From a virus: a stretch of 64,000 nt of DNA. Shown here in pieces: positions 9,149 through 18,535 of the stretch (position 1 is its first letter; each line of letters starts with the position of its first letter). Below the pieces are notes generated by a model that did no database searches, was not told the origin of the DNA, and saw only the letters and a list, made by a program, of their open reading frames with translations. Both the position numbers and the translations under genes were made by a program. The stretch spans positions 64,001-128,000 of IMG/VR virus record IMGVR_UViG_3300025132_007963; one strand, given 5' to 3'.

Positions 9149-9626
9149 CAAATAACCCCTCGCGAGCCTTGACGCACTCAGCGCTAATTTCCATTTGATG
9201 GTTAATTTGACCAAATATTTGCTTTGGCTCATTTAAAGTAGTTATTTCGTAATAGCTATCTCCGTAAGCCACAAAATCACCTTCCCTGACAAACAAATCT
9301 TGATCTTCTGTAAGTCTTCTTTTGTGAAAATGAACAGTGATTTTTGATTTTCTATCCACACCCAAATTTGTAGTCTCGGTTTCGTACCCTTGCCACTCAA
9401 CAAGAGCATAGACCCTGATCGGATTAAAAAATGTCTTTTTTATGGCCTCTCCATAAATAGGATGATAGTCAGTATGCTCTAGACTTATCGGATAGTACAA
9501 GAGTTGTTGGCCAATGACGTTTTCAATAAGTTCATCATTAACTTGCTTAACATAATCCCTCTCCTTTTTGCCCAAAAAGAGCGGAGGAGGTGGTTTTTTA
9601 GGTTGTGACCATTTGTTATCAGCCAT
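9138..9626 (-). CDS. Neck/head-closure protein (gp14-like)
   Basis: LYYPIS...IYGEA..KTF, VHFHKRRL and GDFV.YGDSYYEI motifs; position after gp13-like gene. Confidence 0.7.
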   Translation of the reverse strand: MADNKWSQPKKPPPPLFLGKKERDYVKQVNDELIENVIGQQLLYYPISLEHTDYHPIYGEAIKKTFFNPIRVYALVEWQGYETETTNLGVDRKSKITVHFHKRRLTEDQDLFVREGDFVAYGDSYYEITTLNEPKQIFGQINHQMEISAECVKAREGLFDAT

Positions 9627-9630
9627 TTAG

Positions 9631-10920
9631 TTACCCCACATATACCGTCAAAGGAACTTTCTCATGTACTTTAACCGATGCATCCATTAAATCCGCATCA
9701 TTTTGTGCCAGTCTAGAGTAAGTCATCTCTGATAGTGTTGTCTTAAGCTCTTCTCTTAGTGTCTGCTGTTCTGATTGAGCTTGAGCAATTAGATCTGAAC
9801 CGTTTAGGGTCACTGATTCTCCTGGTATTGGTATTGTTGCAAACTTACTTCTTATTTGGCCTAGCATTTCTTTGCATAAAGCCAGTGCAAATCTTCTGAT
9901 CCACTGTTTACCAATGCTATTAATGCTATTAAAAGGCAAATTAGCGAAAGGCAAAGTGTTCATATTGTTAATTCCATTTACCTCTTGTCCATTATCATCA
10001 AATGGGTCAGTAGGAATAGAAAATTGTACCCACATCTTAGTTGGTGAATGAAGATTTGGAATTGGAAAAATTCTTAATTTATTGTTTTTTATCTCATAAG
10101 ACCAGTGAGACATTCTAGTATATATTGCATCCTCGAAAGCCAAAGCTTGAGCCTTATTTTGCCAGGCCGGGATTAATTCAAAAGTAGATTGATCTGAGAA
10201 TTGTCCATAATTATGAAAATTACCTACAACGTTTAGACCGCCATAATAGCCAAAAAATCTCCACATCGCGTGTGGTGTCTTATAGAAAACTTTTTTAACA
10301 ATTATTTTTTTGTTTTTAACTTTTTGGAAATAATCCAAAGCGCTATTAGACGCTGCAGAAGATGAAACAATATACTGTAGATCATAATCTTGAACACTAG
10401 CCGTTAGTTCAAAAGATGCTGAATATTCTGTGTTTGCTCTGCCTAGGCCAATCTCTGCTGCTGCAGCTTCGGCTGAAGTCCTAGCATAACCAAAATCAAA
10501 TTTTGGAAATTTTAAGCTAGCATGACTACCATCCAGAGATGATGACAGGCTTGTATCTCCTGTAGACTTCAAGTTACCTAAATGATCGAAAGCTCCTGTC
10601 GAATGGCCAAGATAAGAAGATAGCGAATTGTTTGCTTGGTGAACATTTATAATATATGAATATTCTAAAACAGCCTCTTCGTATGCAGAATATACGTTTG
10701 CTGTTGTTAGTTCAATGTCTAGAACATCGCCGCCAAGCTTACGAAAGACATGCGTTACTTGGTCTGCAGCGCCCGATAAGAAATTTGAATCAAATAAAGG
10801 TGAAGTCGTATTAGAGTAAACCTTATATGGCAATGCTGAATTAACATCACCAACATTTCCGGTTACCGGCAAAACTGTGCTACTAGTGCTACTAGCAGGA
10901 CTTAAATTAGTCGTAGACAT
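9631..10920 (-). CDS. Neck/head-tail adaptor protein (gp13-like)
   Basis: RKLGGDVLDIEL N-terminal and WIRRFALALCKEMLGQIRSKF..IP.PG..VTLNG.DL C-terminal motifs typical of T4 gp13-like proteins. Confidence 0.8.
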   Translation of the reverse strand: MSTTNLSPASSTSSTVLPVTGNVGDVNSALPYKVYSNTTSPLFDSNFLSGAADQVTHVFRKLGGDVLDIELTTANVYSAYEEAVLEYSYIINVHQANNSLSSYLGHSTGAFDHLGNLKSTGDTSLSSSLDGSHASLKFPKFDFGYARTSAEAAAAEIGLGRANTEYSASFELTASVQDYDLQYIVSSSAASNSALDYFQKVKNKKIIVKKVFYKTPHAMWRFFGYYGGLNVVGNFHNYGQFSDQSTFELIPAWQNKAQALAFEDAIYTRMSHWSYEIKNNKLRIFPIPNLHSPTKMWVQFSIPTDPFDDNGQEVNGINNMNTLPFANLPFNSINSIGKQWIRRFALALCKEMLGQIRSKFATIPIPGESVTLNGSDLIAQAQSEQQTLREELKTTLSEMTYSRLAQNDADLMDASVKVHEKVPLTVYVG

Positions 10921-10946
10921 TCATGGATCCTCCGGTTATTTATCTC

Positions 10947-10954
10947 TAAATAGT
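10947..10954 (-). promoter_or_regulatory. Putative late promoter ACTATTTA
   Basis: Starts 27 nt upstream of the gp13-like gene. Confidence 0.6.
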
Positions 10955-10986
10955 CAAAACAAACAGGAAAAAACCACAATGTTATT

Positions 10987-11319
10987 TTAAACCTCTGAGG
11001 GATCGTCCGATAAAATGTCTTTTAAATTCCGAAAAGTACTAGTCTCTGTTTTCTTTACTGTCTCTTTAACTTTAGGCTTACTAGGCCTTCTTCTTTTTGT
11101 TGTTTTTGGTTTAGGTAGCGGTGGAGCAGTCTCCACAACTGGCTCTACTGGTTTTGGTGGTTCTGAAACCTTTACCTCAACCGGCTTCTCCTTCACCACG
11201 GGCGCCACGGTAGGCGCTGACAAAACAACCTCTTCAGTGTCTTTGCGCAAATTTGCACGTAGTGCGTGAGCCTTAAGTGCAAACTTGGGACTTCTCATTT
11301 TTCTAGCTTTTTTTCCCAT
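10987..11319 (-). CDS. Small Lys/Pro-rich low-complexity protein (110 aa)
   Basis: SD GGAGG; preceded by a motif copy and a terminator. Confidence 0.65.
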   Translation of the reverse strand: MGKKARKMRSPKFALKAHALRANLRKDTEEVVLSAPTVAPVVKEKPVEVKVSEPPKPVEPVVETAPPLPKPKTTKRRRPSKPKVKETVKKTETSTFRNLKDILSDDPSEV

Positions 11320-11337
11320 TGAACTAACCTCCTTACA

Positions 11338-11345
11338 TAACTAGT
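11338..11345 (-). promoter_or_regulatory. Putative late promoter ACTAGTTA
   Basis: Directly downstream of a terminator, 19 nt before an ATG. Confidence 0.55.
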
Positions 11346-11353
11346 AATTAAAC

Positions 11354-11387
11354 AAAGAAAAGCCCCCGTCCCGAAGGACAGGGAGCT
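11354..11387 (-). terminator. Rho-independent terminator with cUUCGg tetraloop
   Basis: Sense AGCTCCCTGTCC-TTCG-GGACGGGGGCT then TTTCTTTG. Confidence 0.85.
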
Positions 11388-11408
11388 AAGTTAACTAATC
11401 TACAACAT

Positions 11409-11942
11409 TCAAGCAGGAGTGAAGCCATCAGCAGCATTGGTAATATTAATCGCACTGGCAGTTAAAACACTACCATTGATATACCAATCAGTGCCGTCGC
11501 ATTCAACCTCTAAAAAGTCACCTACTGTTGCTGCACCGTCATTTGAATCAATCGCAACAGCTGAAGTAGCACTGGTAACTTCAACATGTGCACCATTCAC
11601 AATAATGGATCCGTTGATATCAACGCTATCACTGTTTGTATTAAGCAAAAAGTCCTTCGTAGCTTCGTTATCACTAGCAACACTCATAACAAATTTGTAA
11701 TGTAACCCAGCTGCAGGAGCTGGTAGTGTGCAAACAACACTTACAGTGCTGATATCGCAAAAAAATGTTTTACCAGAATCTGCAGCTGTAAGGGTCTTTG
11801 TTGGCGAAGCCACTGAACCTACCGTGCTTAGTGTTTCTACAGAAGTGCTAACACCCGAAAGTGTTGCATTTCCCAACGCTAAGTCTCTTTTCAAATTTTC
11901 AATTAATGCCTCTACTCTCGCAAGGCCAATTCTTCTACTCAT
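11409..11942 (-). CDS. Putative capsid decoration/outer protein, paralogue 2
   Basis: Start revised to MSRRIG (ATG 11942, SD AAGGAG); TLTAADSGK..F...TLP motif; lies behind the MCP. Function inferred from position only. Confidence 0.55.
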   Translation of the reverse strand: MSRRIGLARVEALIENLKRDLALGNATLSGVSTSVETLSTVGSVASPTKTLTAADSGKTFFCDISTVSVVCTLPAPAAGLHYKFVMSVASDNEATKDFLLNTNSDSVDINGSIIVNGAHVEVTSATSAVAIDSNDGAATVGDFLEVECDGTDWYINGSVLTASAINITNAADGFTPA

Positions 11943-11997
11943 AATTATATTCTCCTTCCTATTGAGTTTTATACGCAATGTCTAAAACACAAACTTA

Positions 11998-12534
11998 TTA
12001 TGCAGGCGTAATTCCGCCAGTTGCATTATTGATAGCCAGTATGGATGCGGTTAAGGCACTACCTTTAATATACCAATCAGTGCCATCACAACTAACCTCT
12101 AGAAAATCGCCCACAGTGGCGGCACCTTCGGAGGTATCAAAGGCCACTGCTGAAGTAGCATTGGTAACTTCAACGTGCGCACCATTTACTATAACAGAGC
12201 CATTGATATCTACAGCATTGTCACCAGTATTTAACAAAAAATCCTTCGCAGTTTCATTGTCACTAGCTACACTTAGGATGAACTTATAAGTCAATCCGGC
12301 TGCAGGTGTTGGTAATGTACAAACAACACTCACGGTGCTAATATCTATGAAGAAAACTTTTCCCGAATCTGCAGCTGATAGTCTTTTTGTAGGTGCTGCT
12401 AATGTGCCAACCGTGCTTAGTGTTTCTGTTGCCTTGCTAACGCCTGAGAGCGTAGCGTTTCCAAGAGCTAAGTCTCTCTTTAAACTCTCAATTAACGCCT
12501 CGGTTCTTGCGAGGCCAATTCTTTTCTTACCCAT
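11998..12534 (-). CDS. Putative capsid decoration/outer protein, paralogue 1
   Basis: Roughly 70-75% identical by eye to 11409..11942; first gene after the MCP terminator. Confidence 0.55.
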   Translation of the reverse strand: MGKKRIGLARTEALIESLKRDLALGNATLSGVSKATETLSTVGTLAAPTKRLSAADSGKVFFIDISTVSVVCTLPTPAAGLTYKFILSVASDNETAKDFLLNTGDNAVDINGSVIVNGAHVEVTNATSAVAFDTSEGAATVGDFLEVSCDGTDWYIKGSALTASILAINNATGGITPA

Positions 12535-12619
12535 GTTTATATTCTCCTATCTTTATGAGTTTTATACAACTTAATTGCTGTTCTTTTCATAAAACACGAA
12601 AAAAATATCGATTATAACG

Positions 12620-12668
12620 AAAAAAAAGGGGGGCTCTAACTACCGAAATAGTTTAAAAGAGCCCCCCA
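12620..12668 (-). terminator. Rho-independent terminator after major capsid gene
   Basis: GGGGGGCTCT...AGAGCCCCCC stem with inner AACTA/TAGTT stem, then 8 T on the sense strand. Confidence 0.85.
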
Positions 12669-12703
12669 ATTTGAACATAACTGTGTTATTCAGTCAGTAA
12701 CTA

Positions 12704-14620
12704 TTAGCTAGTAGCGCCTGCGCCACCAACAAGATCACGTACAATCACGATACCGTACATATCAGGACGTACCATCTTCTTGCCGTAACGGGTCATGACA
12801 CCCTTACGTGGCACAAAGTCTTCCTGACCAAATATGGTAGGAGTAACTTGTAGTGGCACATATGGAGCGTACACGTAGCCGCTTTCCAAGAAGGATCCAC
12901 CCTTGCGACCAACGAGGATCACATTTCTAGGGAAGTAAGGATCAACATAGATGTCCCATTTCTTGCTAAGTGCACCAGTCTTCACAGCACCAACGGTGCC
13001 ACGATCCTGATCTGCAGTTACGTTTGCACGGAAACCAGCAGTGAATTCGAGAACGTTTGCAACTTCAGGTCCGCAGACAAGGAAGTTAGCACCGCCACGA
13101 AGTGTCTTTCTGTGGATCTGTGCAGAAACATCATTAATAGTTTCAACAAGCGTCTCATACCATTCGCTTACAGTACCGGTGAAGTCAGGAGCAGCCGAAG
13201 ATGCACCAATTTCAGCACCTGTAGTTCTGTGAACAAATAGGCCCGGAGAACGCGACCAGTAGTAAGTACCAGCCTTTGCACCCTTAACAAGGTCTTGCAA
13301 AATTTCCTGATCAATCTCTAGAGCAATCTGCTCAGAAAGAATACCAGTCAACTCAACCTCTGCGTCAAGGTTATGATATGCGTTAAGGTCCTGACCAAGC
13401 TCTGGGGTCCATTTGGCCTTGAGTTTCTTGGTCTGTGCTGTAATCGCAATACTGTCAACCTTAATGTCAATTTCTGGAATAAGACCAGATCGCAACTGAG
13501 TAGAATCAGCACCTGCGCCATTAGCGCCTGCACCTTCAAGCCCAAACTCACTACCGACAATTGAACCAAGTGCAGTCGAAGCTGCCAAGGAATCACGGAT
13601 TGGGAAAGTGATTACAAGTGAGCCATCAGCAGACCCGCCGCCGACACCGCCAACAGGGACACCGCCAGTGACAGCAAACTGAGTACCGCCGCCAAGAGGT
13701 CCACCTAGATTAGCGCCTGCAAATGCAAGAAGAATTCTACTACTATCATTAGGATCAACGCGGGTCAATCGTCTAATCTGAGTAGAACCCGTACCAAAAA
13801 CTTCTACGTTGTGTGCAATAAGGTTAGTCATGTTAACCTCAACTGCATGCAAATTATCAGTATCCAAATTGGTAGAAAGCTGTGCCTTTGGCACTGCAAG
13901 AACAACTGCACCGTGAGTTGCACTACCAGAAGCAAGAGAGCTTGCACCAAGCCCCAAAACATCCGGATCGTATCGAAGCAACTTCTTTTGAGCCTCAGTT
14001 ACACGCTTATCGAGATAAACAACTGCGTTACCACTACCATTTTTAGCAGTCTTGCTGGCGCTAGGTCCAACAAAAACTACGTCATTTCTACCGGTAAGAG
14101 TAGCAGAGCCAGTTGCAGAGCTGTAAGCGCTGCCTCCCAAGTTGTAAAAACCTCCTGGATCTTGACCTTCGTCACCAGCAAGACGTACACCACCAGTCAA
14201 CTGACTAGCGATAAGTGGGTTGTCACTGTCCTGGCGTAGGCCACCATATAGGGATTCACCTGATGAACCACCAGCGCTGTCACTAGCCTTGGTGAAGTCC
14301 AAGAAGAAAATGAGACCACTAGGCAAGCTCATTGGCTGCACGGAAACAAGATCGTTTGCGATCAATCCGCCGAATACACGACGAACAATAGGAAAAGCCA
14401 CTGCTGCGAAGCCTTCGACATCGCCAGCGGACATTGTGGTAGCTTCACGAAGAAGCTCCTTAGCTTGATTTTCAAGAAGGCAAGCCATGTTAGACTTGTG
14501 ACGATCATCACCTAGACCCTCAAGAAGACCGGTCTGCTCCCACTTGTTAAGTAGAGCAGCGCCTTCTTTGGCTACATCGCGATGAACGACGCCTTCAGTT
14601 AATTTCTGTAAAATAGACAT
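12704..14620 (-). CDS. gp23: Major capsid protein (T4 gp23-like, 638 aa)
   Basis: VQPMSLPSGLIFFLDF, KKLKAKWTPELGQDLNAYHNLDAEVELTGILSEQIALEIDQEIL, YVYAPYVPL and GVMTRYG motifs; SD AGGAGGT. Confidence 0.95.
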   Translation of the reverse strand: MSILQKLTEGVVHRDVAKEGAALLNKWEQTGLLEGLGDDRHKSNMACLLENQAKELLREATTMSAGDVEGFAAVAFPIVRRVFGGLIANDLVSVQPMSLPSGLIFFLDFTKASDSAGGSSGESLYGGLRQDSDNPLIASQLTGGVRLAGDEGQDPGGFYNLGGSAYSSATGSATLTGRNDVVFVGPSASKTAKNGSGNAVVYLDKRVTEAQKKLLRYDPDVLGLGASSLASGSATHGAVVLAVPKAQLSTNLDTDNLHAVEVNMTNLIAHNVEVFGTGSTQIRRLTRVDPNDSSRILLAFAGANLGGPLGGGTQFAVTGGVPVGGVGGGSADGSLVITFPIRDSLAASTALGSIVGSEFGLEGAGANGAGADSTQLRSGLIPEIDIKVDSIAITAQTKKLKAKWTPELGQDLNAYHNLDAEVELTGILSEQIALEIDQEILQDLVKGAKAGTYYWSRSPGLFVHRTTGAEIGASSAAPDFTGTVSEWYETLVETINDVSAQIHRKTLRGGANFLVCGPEVANVLEFTAGFRANVTADQDRGTVGAVKTGALSKKWDIYVDPYFPRNVILVGRKGGSFLESGYVYAPYVPLQVTPTIFGQEDFVPRKGVMTRYGKKMVRPDMYGIVIVRDLVGGAGATS

Positions 14621-14640
14621 CTTAAATATTACCTCCTAAA

Positions 14641-15714
14641 TTAGTCTTTATTTACGTTTATACCTGCTAAACGTCTCATTCGATCAGAAAAAATATCAAT
14701 TTTATCATCTTCTTTTCTCTTTCTCGAATTTACAATTAGTGAAGGGCTTCTATTTACAGCTTCGCTCAATGATTTTGGTAGCGGTTTCTTTTCTGTGCTA
14801 CCCACTGCGCTTTGAAGGGTTTCATAGATAACCTTCGTCTCTTCAACAGACCTAGACTTGGAAATTGCTTCAACAATTTTCTTTTTCTGTCGCTCATTCA
14901 GGGAGGAATTTTCAAGGGTCTTGTTAATAAAAAGTAATTTTGCGTTACTTGTGTTCACGCTTTCAACTTTTTCTTTCAATACAACAAATGCTTCTTTAAA
15001 CTTATTATTCTCTTCAATAAGTTTTTTATTCGAAACAGTAAGAATTTCTTTAGCCTCTTCGAGTTCCTTAACTCGGGCTCTAATTATTTCGTTTTCTTCC
15101 GCAACTTCATCATCAAGTTCACGGGCGAGGGCCATCTTTTCATTTTCTCTCATTTGAGATTCAGGAGTTCCCGCCCAACCTCTTTTAACTGGGTTGACGT
15201 CAACTTTTAATCTTTCAAATAGTTCATCAATGATGGCCTCATCAATATCAATTTCTTCATCTAGCTCTTCTTCACCTTCTTCTAAGGCTAAAGGCTCTGA
15301 AGCTGCTTCCGGAGAAGCCTCAACTGCAGCGGACAAATCGTGCCCTAACTCCTCATGGCTTTCCTCTGCCTCTGGAGACGGCTGAGTAGGATCTAAGTTA
15401 TCTAAAGCTTGTACGATCTCTGGCATATCAAAAGTTAAAACTTCGCCATCGCCACCTGGAACAGAAGGTATATCATCTTGTGTTGCTAGCGGGACTTGCT
15501 CCAAAGAAGGATCAGCTTCAGGCTCTGCGTCGAGCGCTCCACCTAAATCCTCGTCATCGGCAAATGGATCTAGCTCTGGTTGTTCGAGCAAGGAACCGAC
15601 AGCTTCTTTAATTTGCTCTGAATATTTCTCAATAACCATAGCTTCAGCATTTTTAACTGCTGCCTCTTTTAACGCCTTGGCGTCAATAATTGCTTGTTCT
15701 AGTAATGAAGACAT
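14641..15714 (-). CDS. Prohead core scaffold protein (gp22-like)
   Basis: Acidic N-half, coiled-coil C-half ending RMRRLAGI; immediately upstream of the MCP; many (I/L)xE sites. Confidence 0.75.
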   Translation of the reverse strand: MSSLLEQAIIDAKALKEAAVKNAEAMVIEKYSEQIKEAVGSLLEQPELDPFADDEDLGGALDAEPEADPSLEQVPLATQDDIPSVPGGDGEVLTFDMPEIVQALDNLDPTQPSPEAEESHEELGHDLSAAVEASPEAASEPLALEEGEEELDEEIDIDEAIIDELFERLKVDVNPVKRGWAGTPESQMRENEKMALARELDDEVAEENEIIRARVKELEEAKEILTVSNKKLIEENNKFKEAFVVLKEKVESVNTSNAKLLFINKTLENSSLNERQKKKIVEAISKSRSVEETKVIYETLQSAVGSTEKKPLPKSLSEAVNRSPSLIVNSRKRKEDDKIDIFSDRMRRLAGINVNKD

Positions 15715-15748
15715 AGTACCACCCTTATGGAATATTATAATACATATT

Positions 15749-15756
15749 TAACTAGT
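15749..15756 (-). promoter_or_regulatory. Putative late promoter ACTAGTTA for scaffold-MCP
   Basis: 35 nt upstream of the scaffold ATG. Confidence 0.6.
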
Positions 15757-15784
15757 AGTGAAATCTCTAAAAAGTAAAAATTTA

Positions 15785-16939
15785 TTAAGATAGTTTAGTT
15801 TCTTCTATTTCGCTAAAAGTACCATCGTCTCTTATATACCATGAAGACCTTTGGGTATAGCCCCAAGGACGCCCATATATAGCCCCATTTAAAGATGCGG
15901 TTGTCATGTTAGAGCTAGTGACCACAGTAGCACCTGCCTGGCCAGCAAACATAGGCGGAATATAACCTATTAAAACGTGCTGAAAGTGTAAGTGGCTTGT
16001 TGCTAGATCACCGCCACCGTCGTAAACCCCACACTTGTGATAATGATAAGCTTTGGTCGCACCATCGTCAGAAGCTGAGAATGCGGCATGCTTACCTTTA
16101 TATCTTGTTGCCAAATCCGGGGTCTTTAATCCAGAATAAATTGGATTTGGCCTTATTTGGCAAAGCCCCCAAGAACCTTTGCCGTTTGCTTCGTAACAAC
16201 CATTCGAATGATATTGATCTCCTACATCAATTGCTGTTTCTGCATAGCTTCCTGCAAAGCACGCATATCCACTAGCGTCAGTACCAGTAACACCTTCCAT
16301 TTTTCCTGCAAAAAAGAAATACTGGTAATATGCGCTTGAGTGCCCAGAGGCAGCTTCGATGTTTCTGACAAATACATAGTCTTCTGTTTCTACAATTTTT
16401 AAAGTGTGCCCGTACCCTACAAAGCGTATCCAACCATGGTTTGCATGTTCTCCAACATAACCCGAAAACCTTGTATTGCTAGGATAATGTGGTCCTCCCA
16501 AGGAAAATATATTGGCTGGAATGTTTCCTCCAGGAGCTATACCTACGAGAAACGGGGCAGTGGCACCAGTGCTTGAGCCAGACTTAACCAAGGCGCCATT
16601 ACAGTATCTTGCCCCTGAATCAACTAGACCACTAGCAGTAACATATCCATTGACAAATAGTATCTCTGTTGTATTGACCTCGCAAGGATCTGTCGAAGCT
16701 CCTTTTGATTTGATTACAAATGCGGTATCTCCAGGAAACCTTCTACTAACTGTACATTCTGGTTTAATTTCCCAGTAACTTGAAGTTTGTCCGTGATCTG
16801 CAAATTGACTGTTTTGTCGAGCGCCAGCTTCAAAACTGCTCGATCCTGCAAAATAACTATAAAGTTGCGAGTGAACTTCTTGATATCTTGTGTCCTGCGA
16901 AGAGCCTGTTCCTGGTATTTTTGAAAATTTAATACTCAT
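15785..16939 (-). CDS. Hypothetical Gly/Ser/aromatic-rich protein, probably virion-associated
   Basis: ORF track; TAATG overlap with the upstream paralogue. Confidence 0.7.
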   Translation of the reverse strand: MSIKFSKIPGTGSSQDTRYQEVHSQLYSYFAGSSSFEAGARQNSQFADHGQTSSYWEIKPECTVSRRFPGDTAFVIKSKGASTDPCEVNTTEILFVNGYVTASGLVDSGARYCNGALVKSGSSTGATAPFLVGIAPGGNIPANIFSLGGPHYPSNTRFSGYVGEHANHGWIRFVGYGHTLKIVETEDYVFVRNIEAASGHSSAYYQYFFFAGKMEGVTGTDASGYACFAGSYAETAIDVGDQYHSNGCYEANGKGSWGLCQIRPNPIYSGLKTPDLATRYKGKHAAFSASDDGATKAYHYHKCGVYDGGGDLATSHLHFQHVLIGYIPPMFAGQAGATVVTSSNMTTASLNGAIYGRPWGYTQRSSWYIRDDGTFSEIEETKLS

Positions 16940-18204
16940 TAGTCAGTTGGTATCCCCTCAGAAACTTGACCGTCAGATAAACACCAGTAAGAACCGGTTA
17001 AATTAACAGCCCAAGTGTAATTATTAGAATTTTTCATGTATGCGCCTGGTACAATGGCACCCGCTTTTCCGATTATAGGCGCTTTAAGACCAGCATAAAC
17101 ACACGGCACTGTGCCAATAGTTGGTCCAGCAGATGTAACTGAGCCGTCTCCAATGTCATTAGTATCAAAAGAATCAACAATTGAAACCTTGTGTAAATAA
17201 TACTCTAATGGAGCACTACCAGGCGCTGAAGAAGAGTAGGCAACATTGTGTCGACCTTTATTCATATGATATTTACCTATGTGATCAACACTTGCAGATA
17301 AACCACCAAAGCCAGTATCTGGTATTGCCCAACAAGGGGCTTGGTGGCCGGCATGAGTTTCATACATACCACTGCCTCCGTAATGATAAGTTCCAAAGCC
17401 CATAATTGTGCTGTCTCTTGATGTTCTGCTAGCTACATTTCCCCATTGGCCACCAAGCAGACACCACCCTGTTGCATTGTTGCTGAAAGTTTCCATCTTT
17501 CCGGCAAAAACTCCAGCCCTATACGCCTTAGATGCTTTATCATCATCTGTGGATGCGGCGCGTCCCATATCATGCAAAACCCTAATAAAAAACCAATCTG
17601 GGTGTTCTATGATTTTCACTCTTCTTGAATGATTGCTAACAGGCTTATCACCGGCGCCGAACATTCCGTACATTATTCCGGAAAAGCCGGCTCTCAACTT
17701 TCCGCATGCGGAGGAAGACATAACTCCTGTCGCGGTGGCCGAACTATCCATAGCCATGGCGACGGCTTGCTGGCCAGCATTAAAACTATTTCCGTAATCA
17801 TAGTCTACCGCATCTCGAAAATGTCTAGTATCAAAGTCATCGGCCCAGTCAATATCACTGTGAAGTCTATTTTGAAAAATAAATCTTGGATAGCCATCAT
17901 TATAGGTCGCGCCGTCTTTAGTTTTTGATTTCACAACAAAACCAAGTTCACCGGTGCCCTGAGAAAAGCCATCATCTTTCACTGGGGCGCTGCCAGAACC
18001 ACCTGTAACAACCTCCCAGTATTTTGATGTAGTTGAAAAATAGCTGTAAAGATTTACCATCAATTGTCTAGTTGCTATTTTGTGACTATCATTGTTGGAA
18101 TTAGTTCCAGTGACAAAAAGATCAGAAGTTGCAAAATAGACATTGCCTACCCATGGCATTGCTAATGCAAAATTGTCTGATCTAAGTTGAACTGTCCAGG
18201 CCAT
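16939..18204 (-). CDS. Hypothetical protein, distant paralogue of 15785..16939
   Basis: Shared blocks LYSYF, KI(V/I)E..D..F(V/I)R, FAGKME, Y..HK...(Y/V)D, IG..P..(F/Y)AG. Confidence 0.7.
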   Translation of the reverse strand: MAWTVQLRSDNFALAMPWVGNVYFATSDLFVTGTNSNNDSHKIATRQLMVNLYSYFSTTSKYWEVVTGGSGSAPVKDDGFSQGTGELGFVVKSKTKDGATYNDGYPRFIFQNRLHSDIDWADDFDTRHFRDAVDYDYGNSFNAGQQAVAMAMDSSATATGVMSSSACGKLRAGFSGIMYGMFGAGDKPVSNHSRRVKIIEHPDWFFIRVLHDMGRAASTDDDKASKAYRAGVFAGKMETFSNNATGWCLLGGQWGNVASRTSRDSTIMGFGTYHYGGSGMYETHAGHQAPCWAIPDTGFGGLSASVDHIGKYHMNKGRHNVAYSSSAPGSAPLEYYLHKVSIVDSFDTNDIGDGSVTSAGPTIGTVPCVYAGLKAPIIGKAGAIVPGAYMKNSNNYTWAVNLTGSYWCLSDGQVSEGIPTD

Positions 18205-18206
18205 AA

Positions 18207-18284
18207 TTAATTAGTTCTTGTTATTCCAGTCGGTATTTTACCGCATGGTTGTGTAGGATCTATTGTTCTTGACTTTGCAGACAT
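18207..18284 (-). CDS. Micro-ORF, 25 aa (MSAKSRTIDPTQPCGKIPTGITRTN)
   Basis: Below the ORF-track cutoff; strong SD AAGGAGG before the ATG; fills the gap between two genes. Confidence 0.55.
   Translation of the reverse strand: MSAKSRTIDPTQPCGKIPTGITRTN
18208..18215 (-). promoter_or_regulatory. Putative late promoter ACTAATTA
   Basis: Only 3 nt between the motif and the ATG at 18204; overlaps the micro-ORF stop. Confidence 0.45.
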
Positions 18285-18304
18285 CTAGTTTTTCCTCCTT
18301 AGTA

Positions 18305-18526
18305 TCAACTTACTAAAGTACATCCACTTGGTAAAATAAAATTATTATCACACACATCGGTGCAATAATCACACGGTGCTTGATCGCCTGTGCGTAGCGT
18401 GCCTACACCACCTTTCCCATATGGTGCGCGGGCATCTGGTGGGCAAGTTGTATACTGCCCACCTAATTCGTTTTGAGTTTCAATTATATAGCCATTCTTA
18501 GTTGGCGTACTATGTCGTCTAGACAT
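18305..18526 (-). CDS. Small Cys-rich hypothetical protein (73 aa)
   Basis: SD AGGAG; C..C...C cluster plus two further Cys. Confidence 0.65.
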   Translation of the reverse strand: MSRRHSTPTKNGYIIETQNELGGQYTTCPPDARAPYGKGGVGTLRTGDQAPCDYCTDVCDNNFILPSGCTLVS

Positions 18527-18535
18527 ATTAAACTC

